Assembly: GCA_046563655.1 (NCBI GenBank)
Contig: CM102285.1
Location: 12,152,001-12,216,000 of the forward strand
DNA: 64,000 nucleotides
Reading direction: 5' to 3'
Origin: Yuukianura sp. NJ FZ-2021
Taxonomy: Eukaryota
Shown here: positions 23,282 through 35,100 of the stretch, one piece after another
Layout of the letters: each line of letters opens with the position of its first letter
How positions within the stretch are numbered: the first letter of the stretch is position 1
Translations under genes and position numbers: made by a program
Notes under the pieces: generated by a model
What the model was told of the DNA's origin: nothing
Database searches by the model: none
What the model saw: the letters and a program-made list of their open reading frames with translations, nothing else

Positions 23282-25019
23282 AGATGCAAGGAATAAATTG
23301 CGAATTTTTGGAGCCTATTTGATTCCCATAAGACAAGGGAAGACGCCGCTGGTAGCGTGGAAGAACCGACAGGATATTCTATTCTAAAGCCCTCTCCCTT
23401 TGGAAAGAAAGTTTTGCAAGAGAGATGTTCGAGAAAGAGAAATTGAGATCGGAGATTATACGGAGCAGAGAGGCAGATAGGAAAGTTCCTCATGTATTGC
23501 TTTTTGTATGGGAGTTTGAGTTGCGGGAAAAAGTAGAGGGAGGGCGAGGAACCTTTCTGGGTCGCATAATCTCCTGTCAGCTCGGATGGTTTCCCAGCAG
23601 CTTCCTTCACAAACCAATACAAAATCTCTCCCCAAAAAATTTAAATTTCCAAAACTTTAAAAATTCATAACTTTTTAACGGAAAGAGATAGAGAATTAAG
23701 CTTTTCACACCTGAATTCAGAAAAATGTGTAGAATTTTAAAAAAATTCTAAAAAGCACCCTAAAGCTGTCAAAATTTTGATGCTGTGTTTTTTTTCTATA
23801 CTTCTTGTTTTTTGTTTTTTAAAATTTTTGCATCAAATTGTTTAGGACGATGTCGGATGACTAGATCCGAGCGCTGGAGCCACAGAAATCGCTGCAAAGT
23901 TGAAATTTTTCGAAGTTAAAAACGACTAAAAAATGAGTGTTTGTAGGGCGGTGAAAAAGTTGAGTCGAAAACTGATGACTTTTGAATGGGCTAATCCCTC
24001 AACTTTTTCGTCCATTCAAACTTAATTTCAAAATTCAAAAAACTTTAAAAATTCATAACTTTTTAACGGAAAGAGATAGAGAATTAAGCTTTTCACACCT
24101 GAATTCAGAAAAATGTGTAGAATTTTTAAAAAATTCTAAAAAGCACCCTAAAGCTGTCAAAATTTTGATGCTGAGTTTTTTTTCTATACTTCTTGTTTTT
24201 TGTTTTTTAAAATTTTTGCATCAAATTGTTTAGGACGATGTCGGATGACTAGATCCGAGCGCTGGAGCCACAGAAATCGCTGCAAAGTTGAAATTTTTCG
24301 AAGTCAAAAACGACCGAAAAATGAGGGTGTTTGTGTGGGAGTGAAAAAGTTGAGTCGAAAAGTGATGCCTTTTGAATGGATTAATCCCTCAACTTTTTCG
24401 TCCATTCAAACTTATTTCCATACAAAACATTTCAAAAATCAAAAAGTTTCAAAATTCATATCTCGGGAAGGTAATGTATTATTTGCGAGATCTCTTCACT
24501 GCTGAATTCAGAACAACGTACAGTAGGTATTTTTTAAGTTTTAAAAGAGTTTAAAAGCGAACAATAAGTTTCCGGCGAATTTCTGAAATTTTTTTTTCGA
24601 ATTTTTTTTTTTAATTTTGTAAAATTTTAAACTATTCTTTACATTTTTTAAAGTTGACTCGCGAGGAGATTAGCTTTTTATCGCTTTCCGTTCGCGAAAA
24701 ATGAATTTTTAAACTTTTTGATTTATTAAAATTTTCTGAGAGAGATTTAACATGGAGAAGTAGAAGAGTCAGTTTTGAAAGTGACAGAAGCTGCAAGGGG
24801 ATCGTACGGCTCAAAAAGGCTACCCTGCCCACCTCAATTTTTATATTTTATTTTCCCGCACTCGCTTCTCTCGTTGGCAAAGGAGGGATAGGACTCCTAT
24901 CATAGGAGCCTTCTCGTGCTGTGTCATATCCTGTCACTTCTTCCACGCAAAGAGCGGCGTCTTCCCTTGTCTTATGGGAATCAAATGCTCCAAAAATTCG
25001 CAATTTATTTCTTGCATCT
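23282..25019. mobile_element. Non-autonomous foldback/MITE-like element with ~68-bp terminal inverted repeats and internal ~388-bp tandem units
   Basis: 23282-23350 is the reverse complement of ~24953-25019 (1 mismatch, 2-nt indel). Degenerate inverted homology continues inward (~23510-23700 vs ~24640-24860). GAATTCAGAAAAATG recurs at 23713 and 24101 (period 388). There is no recognisable transposase ORF. Confidence 0.75.
23651..24500 (+). repeat. Tandem array of ~388-bp units (about 2.2 copies) inside the element
   Basis: The blocks starting at 23651 and 24039 are near-identical, and a diverged partial third unit starts at ~24430. Confidence 0.9.
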
Positions 25020-25090
25020 CTTTTGTCAAATTATTATTGAGTTAATTCCTTAACCCGGCCCACACGCCATTCTCATAATGTACACTGAAA

Positions 25091-25107
25091 CAGCGCCACC
25101 TAACGGT
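25091..25107 (+). promoter_or_regulatory. CTCF-like motif upstream of RpL29
   Basis: CAGCGCCACCTAACGGT resembles the CTCF core (AGCGCCACCTAGCGG) with one mismatch, judged from the recalled consensus. Confidence 0.35.
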
Positions 25108-25364
25108 GCTCCACAAGTTTAGACCTTGTTTGATTTTTGCAAAAATTCACAAGGCGGACAGTTTCAACATTAGAAAAAGTGAATATCGGAGGCGGGGCTG
25201 TCGCTTTTATATTTTTTTGTCATCTGCTCCCTTTTATACATTGCATTTTGCTTTGACAGGCGTGCTATTGTGGAAATTATTACCAATTTATTGAAGAGAC
25301 AGCAGAAGTTAATTGGTTTTGAAGAGGATTTCGATTAATTTGGGAAGAGAATCAAGTATCCAGT

Positions 25365-25810
25365 ATGGCCAAGTCTAAAAATCATACGGCACACAACCAA
25401 CGTAAGAAATTCAGATCGATTTGCCTAAAATGAAGCAATCCTGCTTCCTTCAAGTGGACTTGGATTCTTAAAACTAAATCGTAATTCATTAGGTAAAAGT
25501 AATTGTCTATTCTAACGTTGATTTTTAATTACAGACAAGAAGGCTCACCGAAATGGGATCAAGAGGCCAAAGCCAACTCTGTCCACGCGCGGAGTTGACC
25601 CGAAATTCCTCAAGTAAGTCTTCTCTTCACCGTCCGCAGTCTGTAATCGATGACACTGACACATCGTCGTCCTTTGGTTAACTGTTTGCTTATTATTTTG
25701 TTTCGTTGTTTTGTAGGAACCTTAAGTTTGCTCGCAAGCACAACCTCAAGCCCCATCTACAGAAGAAGCGCTTCGAGCAAAGGCAATTGAAGAAAGCCGA
25801 GAAGAAATAG
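25365..25810 (+). CDS. RPL29: 60S ribosomal protein L29 (eL29), 69 aa, 3 exons (absent from the ORF track)
   Basis: Exons 25365-25401, 25535-25613 and 25717-25810 give [69 protein letters not shown], the classic eL29 N-terminus. Confidence 0.95.
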
Positions 25811-26079
25811 GAAGGCCACTCCATCTTATTCTTATCCTATTCTGCCTCTGCTGTTCTTATTAATTTCTATGGATATTAAAATCTAAGAACATGTTTTTAG
25901 AACGTTTTAATGAGAATATAACAGTGAATTTATTTAAAAATTTGAGTGAGAGAGTCCATTAGATAAAACAGGGTAAGGGTCTAACTTCTAATAAGAGAAT
26001 TTGGAAAACTAAGAATTTGGAAGTGAGTTAGGTCAGTGAAGCTAAGAATTTAAATTAATTTGATTGTGTCGTTCGCAAG

Positions 26080-29018
26080 TTACTTGAGCTGGAACTCAGC
26101 TAAAAGAGGGTAGTGGTCCGATGGTGACGCAAAGTTAGGAAGGTGTCCCAATTCTTTGCATTCATTTTTGCTCAAAAGTCGGAGACGTCGAATGAGTTTT
26201 AAGCTGCCTTCAACCCGTTGTCCATCGGCAGGATTGGATTGCATCCCTTGAAAAATGTAGTCAACGCACTTCCAGTTCACTTGACGTGTCGTGGCTACGC
26301 TTTCTCTGGTCTCCTTCCGGTCCAAATGTTGTTCATAGACGCTTCTGAGTTTGAGGTCATGCGTCAACGTACCAGTTCCAAAGGAGGAAGCAATTCCCAG
26401 TTTCCGGATTTCATTCATCGCTTCTTCATGGTTATCTGTGTCGGAGTTTTGGATTGTATTCGGCCGTGGAGTTTCTTGATCCTCGTCGACGGTTTTGGAT
26501 GGGGCAGACTTTGGTGGACCGGTGACACCTTCAGATTGCACATTGATCAGGGCTAATTGAGTCTTCCTGTCCAGTTCAGCTGGACCACGATTCTGTGATT
26601 TCCACTGCTTCACGCGTTCCAGGTGAAGCTTGTAGTGTCGACATTGGTCATCAATACCAACGGTCATAGGGAGAAAATTATCCATGTTTTTGTTGCTGAA
26701 CACAAAGTACACTGATGTGAAACAGCAGCATGCCTTTCAATTAATTAATCATAAGATCTTACTGAAACACTTTAGGCGCAGTTCCTCCATGCTTATCCAA
26801 ATACCGTAAGCTTCCATCTGTGATGAGAGTTGCGACTGGCGAATGCGGTTCTGCATTGAAATCACCACACAACAGTGTTGGCAAGTAAAGTGATTCTCCC
26901 TGACGTCCGAAACCGGCAAAACTGAATCGATCCAGTTCGGCCAGTAAAAGCTGCACCTGAGCCAACCTTATGTCCTGGAACACACAAGTTATATCAAAAA
27001 CTAATGAAACGAACTTCCTAGTCAGATCGGAAAAATTCACGTACGGTTCGCTTAGGATTGTAGAGCAGATGAGTGGTTGCGACGACGAGACGTTGTCGAC
27101 TTCTACCGGACTTTGGTTCGAGTTTGAGCATGAGGGCGACATTGTCCCTGTTCAACAGGGGAGCATGACCCTGACGAAGATCCAACGCTAGCTTACCAAC
27201 CAGACTGAACATGGATCCGTTCCAGAAAATGGCACAGCCATCAGGTTTACCCCCTGAACGTCGTTTGAAGGCACCGCGATACCCTGTTATTACAGAGGCA
27301 ATACACATCATGAGTCCTCAGTCAACTAGTAACAACACCTTTATATGACCAATTCCAGCTTACCGGAACGACTGAAGGCGGGTGTGAAGTTTTGATGAAA
27401 TTCAGACTCCTCCACTTCCTGGAGGCAAATGATATCCGGAGTCATATCACTGATTTCCTTCAGCAGAAGGTGAAATCGCTCGCTCCACTTTAAACTATCA
27501 GGATCACAATTTCTACAAACAAAAGAATCGTCAATTACAATTTCTGTAGGAAGAGGGTAAGAACTTGCTGGAGTTACTTACTTGTACAGATTCATATGAT
27601 GTTCCAAATGCTCTTGTGCCAAAATATTGTAGCTGAGAATACTAAAACGAGTTCCGCCTGTTGCGTGATCACGATCCGATTCACTTCCAACAAGTCGTCC
27701 AAGTGTCGTGTACTCCCAAGTTCGTAACTCACGCAAACGATTCTTCAACGTCTTCGCATCAGCTACACTCCAAAGTAAAAATGTTCGCTCAATGTTTGGA
27801 TTTTACAGTTTGGATTTTTGCTCAAACGTACCAGCCGTCGTCACGCTCGTGTCACTTGACGAAGCAGTCGGAGTAAGAGCTGGACTCTGGTCGTTGTCGT
27901 ACTCGTAGATCACACGATCACGTGGGTTTTCCCAGCCTCTGTCCTCTTTTCTTGTAATGAAAGCCGTTGAGAATTGAGTGGCCAACTGATTAGGCGTTAC
28001 GGCTCCCATTGTTACTCGGGACGGTGGATAGGGATACGCTGTATTTGGAGCCTGGTATAAAACTCGAGTTGCCTGAGAGTACGAAGTGTGGAGCGATCGA
28101 GATTCTTGGAATCCGTAACTTTGGCTTTCTGATTGCATTGAGCGAAGTAAGTGGCTCGGAGCATCCAACAGTCGGGAATTCGCTGAAATCAACAACATGC
28201 CAGAATCAGTTTAAACTAGTGCTTACGTCAGCAAAACAAATAAATTCAGCTGATCAGCCGTAATGATTTTTTTGCAATCTCAAGTACGATAATCTCTTTA
28301 ACTTACTGAGAGGCCGATGATATCTAGGAGGATTGGAAAGCATGGTTGTATTGTCGTAGGGGTACGGCTTGTGAGTCGGTCGTTTGTAAGTTGTACTTGG
28401 CTCCCGTCTGTAGAATGGTCGCGTTTCGTTCCCGTAAGTTCTGCTTATTAGAAACGGAGTAGCTATTGGCCGATTTTCAAAAGAACTCCAGTTTCCGCCT
28501 GGGACTAGTTGACCTTGGCCTCTGCTTCCAGTAGCTACCCGTGGCGGGGACGGTGGTCGTGCTTGTACTACAGTGTTTCCTTGCTTGATTAGGAATAACA
28601 TTCCATCTTCTCTCACGTCTCTCAAGACTTGTCGTTCCCGTCCAGCAGGACCAGCATCACGTTCCCGACGTAATGCACTCTTTAGTCGGCCACCATTTCC
28701 ACTCCGTTGAGCAATTGGAGGGGATGCAGGTCGTGGTGAAGCGTTGCCTTTCCGGCTCGTCAACACGTCGTCGTTTATACTGTCTTCGTAGATCGGTCCT
28801 CTTTCACTGTAGGTACGTTCGTCTCGGTTAAATGAACTCATGAGTTTGGTTTTCTTCCGAAACCGAAGTGGTGGACTTGATCTAGCTCTTCCGGAATCCA
28901 TAAAAGATGAATAGGGACGCCGGAAAGCAGGGTACGAGGTATGGCGATGTAACGAGATCACAGATGACCAGACTACTTTTGATTTTGTACTGTACGCGAC
29001 GATTTTCTGTTGGATCAT
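26080..29018 (-). CDS. angel: Angel-family (CCR4/nocturnin-like EEP) RNA 2',3'-cyclic phosphatase with long N-terminal extension, ~819 aa, 7 exons
   Basis: Exons 29018-28307, 28182-27832, 27762-27582, 27512-27364, 27283-27045, 26974-26763 and 26695-26080 total 2460 nt. EEP motifs are SYNILAQ, DIICLQEV, KPDGCAIFW, RDNVAL, VVATTHLLYNPKRTDIRLAQ, LCGDFNAEP, VDYIF and PSDHYPL. Confidence 0.9.
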
Positions 29019-29601
29019 GCCATTTGAAACCTCCCTTCTACCCTGAAATTAAGAATACGACAAAATCTTGTTAATTTTGCAGTTTAATTTAGAGATTTAG
29101 TATTTTGATAACCTCTCAGACCATATTTAATTTTGCTTACGCAATCTTTGACGACGAGATCACTGATGAAACGCTTATGCCAATACTAATGCAATTTGGA
29201 CTTTAAATTGAGTAATTCAAATCATTTTCTCACCTCTCGTTCCGCTTCCTGTTGTCCTCAGTCGATTGGCTATGCTCTATAAGTTCTCCTTCGTCATTTG
29301 TGCCCTCATTTCGGCAAGGTGTTGTTTATGTTTACATTGGGGGCTTTCACCGTTGCGAAAATCAATTCAGTATCCCGGCCGACACATTAGCCCGAGTCAT
29401 CTTCGTCTAAAATATTAAAATGTTATTGCTGAACAAACAATTAAATTTTGATTGACATATGAGTACCTGAGAGCGTTTTAAAAACGATTGGAAGCGTTTA
29501 CAACACGAACAAATTAGAAAAGAAATCGTTTAAAAAGTAACTTGTTTCTATTGGTTTACAGTGCCTGCTGATTTGGGTTTGGTTCCGTGTTGAAAATTTG
29601 T

Positions 29602-30960
29602 AAGAAGTTGACAGGAGATTACAAAGCACGAGAAGGCTCCTCTCGCACCTTTGCCAACGAGGGAAGCGAGTGCGGGAAAAAAAAATTTTAGTCGGCCAGA
29701 GAGCCTTTCTGGGCCGTATGATCCCCTTGCAGCTCCGGTCACTTTCAAACCAGACTCCCCAACTTCTCTATGTTAAATCTCTCTCAGAAAATTTTGAAAA
29801 ATCAAAAACTTTAAAAATTCACAACTTTGGAATGGAAAGCGATAAAAAGCTAATCTCTTCGCGAGTAATTTTTTAAAAACATGAAGAATTGTTTACAATT
29901 TAAAAAATTTAAAAAACAAAAATAAAATTTTGAACAAAATTTTTAGCAATTCGCCAAAAACTTCTTGTTAGCTTATGTACTCTTTTAAAACTTAAAGAAT
30001 ACTGTTGGTGGCTCTGAATTTAGCAGTAGAGAGATCTCCTGAATAATGCATTCAGTTTCCGGGAAATGAATTTTCAAACTTTTTTGATTTTTGAAATATT
30101 TTGTATGGAAGTAAGTTTGAATGGACGAAAAAGTTGAGGGATTAATCCATTCAAAAGTCATCACTTTTCGACTCAACTTTTTCACTCTCCTACAAACACA
30201 CTCATTTTTTGGCAGTTTTTCACTTCAAAAAATTTCCACTTTGCAGCGATTTCTGTGGCTCCAGCGCTAGGATCTAGTTATACGACATGGTCCTAAACAA
30301 TTTGATGCCAAAATTTTAAAAAATAAAAAACAGGAAGTACAGAAAAAAAGCACACCATCAAAATTTTGACAGCTTGAGGGTGCTTTTTAGAATTTTTTAA
30401 AAATTCTACACATTTTTCTGAATTCAGGCGTGTAGAGTAAAATTCTCTATGTCTTTCCGTTCAAAAGTTATGATTTTTTAAAGTTTTTTGAATTTTGAAA
30501 TTAAGTTTGAATGGAGGAAAAGTTGAGGGATTAGCCCATTCAAAAGTCATCACTTTTCGATTCAACTTTTTCATCCCCCTCCAAACACTCATTTTTAGCA
30601 GTTTTTCACTTCGAAAAATTTCCACTTTGCAGCGATTTCTGTGGCTCCAGCGCTAGGATCTAGTCATCCGACATCGTCCTAAACAATTTGATGCAAAAAT
30701 TTTAAAAAACAAAAAACAAGAAGTATAGAAAAAAAACACAGCATCAAAATTTTGACAGCTTTAGGGTGCTTTTTAGAATTTTTTTTAAAATTCTACACAT
30801 TTTTCTGAATTCAGGTGTGAAAAGCTTAATTCTCTATCTCTTTCCGTTAAAAAGTTATGAATTTTTAAAGTTTTTTGAATTTTGAAATTAAGTTTGAATG
30901 GACGAAAAAGTTGAGGGATTAATCCATTCAAAAGTGTTCACTTTTCTGGTTAACTTTTTC
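29602..30960 (-). mobile_element. Second, inverted copy of the same repeat family (lacks the outer TIR at its left end)
   Basis: 29602-29640 is the reverse complement of ~24905-24945, and homology continues through 29650-30960. Tandem units recur (CTGAATTC at 30418 and 30805, period ~387). The right boundary is uncertain and may extend to ~31450. Confidence 0.8.
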
Positions 30961-32184
30961 ACGTCCTCAAAAACAAATCATTTATTTTTGTGGACAATTC
31001 CGTTTTTAGAAATTTCTAAAAAAAATCAATTTGCAGTTATTTCACCGATTAAATCTGTCGGCTCACACTGCAAAACTTTATTTCACTTAATTTGTTGCAA
31101 AATTAAAAAAAAAACAGCAGACGGGCCAAGAAATTTTTCACCAATGAAATCCAAAGGGTATGCAGCCTTCATTTTTTTTCTCGAAAAAATACGAAGGGTT
31201 CTTAACAATCTTAGAAAATCGAAAATCCAACATCAAGTTTTTCATCAAATTTTGGAAAAATTCTAAAGCCGCCTTTCCATCTGCCCAGATTTCGTCAAAA
31301 TTTGGAAGGTGTTTTTGGAAAAATTTTGCACCAAAGCACGCCAAATTTTGTTGAGCCTTGTAAACCGGGCGATGGAGCTTCAGAAGTCGTTAGAAAATTG
31401 AAATTTTTAAAATGAAAATGAAATGAAAAAATGAAAGGCATTTTTTTACTTTGTGTATATACCAGTTGAAATTTAAAATAATCCAATTTAGTGATTTCAC
31501 CCATTTCTACTAGCGCAGAAACTAATAATTCTTCATGTGGTGTCAATGTTGTCAATTTTATTTTTTTTTGTTCTTTAGTTTTAGTTTTTTTTAATATTTT
31601 TTTTTTATTTGTGAAACTGCTAAAAGAAATAACGACATGAACTATACTTTTTTAAACAATTACTTGCAAATTGGTGATGATTTATTTTTGGTTAATACCC
31701 AACACAATCACAAACGAAAGCACTTTCTCTACCGATTCCAGTTTTTTTCAAATTGATGCTGACAATCATCAATCAATGAGTTACAAAACACTTACAAGTT
31801 ACAACCGAATTTAATATTTAAAACTTAGCTAAAACTTAAACAGCAGTATTTTGAACATTTTCGAATCCTATGATCCTTTGAATTGCAAATGTCTAAAACC
31901 CAAATTTTCTTTTGTCTAAACTCGTTTTCGAATAATTTATCGCTTAACTAATTTGAAATCTTCAATGCATAGAATATATTCATTAAAAAACAACAACAAC
32001 GCAAGAGAACTGACTAGTGAAGTCTCAGGAAGGCAATTTTCGATTATAAATTAAAAACATTATGAAGCTTGAAGCACAATTCATCTCGTTCCTGACCGAT
32101 TGTTGTTCCGTATTCTAACAAAATCTGGCCATGTTGATTCTAAACTTCAGACTTCTTCGCAATTCAACAAATCCAAGATTTTTG

Positions 32185-35100
32185 TTAAGTATAAGCAGGT
32201 TCTGGTGAGAAAGAGTGTCCATTTGCCATAAAAGATGCAAGCAGATTCCTTTCTTCATCGGTAAGTCCATGACGAAGTGTTCTCCTCACTGTCAAAATAA
32301 AATAAATTAGTTAGTTTGATAATAAATTAATTAATTTAAACCCAACTTAAGTTATTTTTTAAATCAACCCTCACAAAAATCAGTTAGACAGCCCGAGTTA
32401 TGTGATTCTACGACTAACTAGAACATTCCGGCGTTAAAAACGATCATGCAACAACAAAAATGCGACAAAACAGTTGCTTTCACGTTATTTCACACGTAAA
32501 CCACGTCAATTCAACGAAAGTGAAAATTCAAATACCAGAGTTCTTATGACATTTCATTTTAAAATGGCAGCATAAAGAGCAGCTTCAGCAGCATTATTTT
32601 CTCTCGTTCGTGATCTCTTCACTTGTCAAAGACAAATGATCGTTTGGAATCATAAACATGGAGGACAAAAGACAATATTTCTGATAAGCATATAATTAAA
32701 CTTGGGAATGATATGAAAAGTTAATTTTAAATCGAACTTACAGGACTTTCGGTCCGCGTAGCGTGAATTATTTCGTTTTCGTTCTCTAGGAGCCATGCGA
32801 GTGGCTGGAGTAGAAGTGGCAGTCTTTACAAGGCTCTCCAGGATTTCATCGTGTCCATCCCCCGCAAGTCCTCCAGTTCGGCTAAGAGTAGCAGCCTTAT
32901 TTTGAAAATTGTTTTGAATCACGTTACTGGTATTTGAAATTGGCGTTTTGGATCTTCTTGTCCAAGTGAGAGAGGATCCTTTAGCAAGTTCATCTCCAGC
33001 ATCGTTCGAAGTATTCAGAACTTGGCGCAACTCGGCATCAGCTCGGTCTTCCTTTGTTTTGTAGATTATTTGCTAAATAGAATAATTTTTAGGTTTAATT
33101 TCCCATATTCACTTCGATAATGTGTTTAAAATTTAAAGCCATGGACATTCTGGACTAACCTCAGTGATTAATTTTCCACGGGTCTTGTTCCTTTCTCTAT
33201 GATTTGCTTTCTTTTGTAGCTGCTGAAGAACGCGTTCTCGAGTAGTTCGATACTCCAAAGCAAATTCCGAAATAATTTTGAAGAGGTAGTGAGGTTTGGT
33301 TGTTGGAACTTGATGTGCAGAAACTCCAAGCCATAGTAAAAATTTATGAAATCTGTGATACAAAATAATTCAAGGTAACTTTTTAGTTCATGTGCTGATG
33401 TTTGCATTATGAGAATAGTATACTGTAATTTTGCTTTTATCAGCAAATAGTACATATTAGTTGAACGCTCACTTTACCTATTCATAACACGACGATTGAT
33501 AATTCCTAGCACAATTATTCTCTCAGCACAATCCGCCAAAAATTCAGACATCCTGAAATTCAGAAACATTTAAGATCCAAGATTCTTAGACTTTAAAGTT
33601 CAAAACAGTATGCCCAACTTACTTCAATTTCATATTCGTTGGTCCATCATGTTTGGCAATGAGCTTCAAGTAGTCCCACGATGCTTTACAATCTGCTTCC
33701 ATTTTTACCAAGTTTCCTGCAAGTTCTTCAAAATCTACTCGAGATGCTCGTGTGACTGGTCCGATCTGAAGGAAAGCAAAAGTGCGATTAATTGTTTAGC
33801 CACTTGATTTAATTGGCGTTTGATTCCGCCAACTCACTTCTGAGTAGAGATCAGTAGATTCTGGGAACTTTTCAATGACGGTGTGACAAAGGTGATGAAG
33901 TAGTGAGTGCTTGTGAACAGTGTCCTTGACCTCGGGGACTTTTGCGAGATACTCAATTTGAAATCCCTTGGCATCTCCTCCGTTGAGAAAGTTTCCAATG
34001 CAGAGAAGCGTCGTCAGAATGCATCGGAATGTTTTATTCGATTGCAAAGCCTCGATTCCTAACTTTAAATCCATGAGCGGTTCTCCAACTTCCTGGAAGA
34101 TCAATTTATAAGTTAATAATTATTGTGTCTTGTAATGCCCCAATTGTTTTTCCATTTTTGTACAAACCTTTTCTAAATTCTCATAATCCAGTTTGAAGGC
34201 CCAGAGCTTCAATCTTGCAGTCAGTTCAGAAATTGAAGCTAGAGTGAGTAGGAACTGTTCAGCGCTTCCCAACGGCGTATCAGGCTGAAATTAAACGAAA
34301 AAATTTGAAAAGTTTCTGCAAACTTCCGAAAATTCAAAATTGAAAAAAAAAACTCACATTCGCAAATTGAGCCTCTTGGATTTTCGCCCTCTCTTCATCC
34401 GTCGGTAACATTGTGAGGAGTTTCTGAAAGTTGAGTGGAAAAACACAACTTCTTAAATTAAGATTTCTTAAAAAAGGAACATTTTTGAAATTAATGAACA
34501 CATTCACACCTCAATTCCTTCACGGTTGATAATTGTGGAATCCATCTTCATGATCGCAGTCTTGATGGTTCTCGGGGGAGCGAGTTTGGTCATTCCAATG
34601 TTAATGGCATTTGATCGCTTGGGGTCCAGCACAACTACTTCCTTGAACTTGTTCACATCTTGCTGCTTCTGTAGATCAAATTAATTTCAAAATTAAACCA
34701 AGGAAAGTAACCTTACAGGAAGAAAAAAGCTCCAAGTTAACACAGAATAAGGCTGACACTGACAAGTGACACTTAGCGACGAGGATTCATATTTTTTACG
34801 GAGATTAATTTAAGTTTGCTCGTAAATTACATAGAATCACTTTTGTTGTAAAACTGAAATCCACATTTGGGTAGGTGTAAGACACGGTTATTTAAGGAGG
34901 ACAAACAGACGACACAGGGGGAACTTCCCGTTACCCGTTAAAAAACGTATAAAGTTCAGTTAGACACGATTTGGACAACTTTAATTTGAGCAAACTTTGT
35001 CACATTGTTTTGATTTACTCACCTCCTAAGAAATTGTCGCAAATGTGTCGGCATTATTAAAAATTTTCCCAGAAGAAATCCAGAGAAGCATTTTTTGAAG

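Noticed and set aside
23651..24500. CRISPR-like array
   Set aside because: The context is eukaryotic, and the units are ~388-bp full duplications with no short repeat/unique spacer structure.
23119..24832. ORFs of 60-167 aa in the repeat (also 29548-31555) as protein-coding genes or a transposase
   Set aside because: They recur with the tandem units, are F/K/L-biased translations of AT-rich DNA, and show no transposase motifs.
25614..25716. Intronic snoRNA in RpL29
   Set aside because: No convincing C/D or H/ACA box arrangement.
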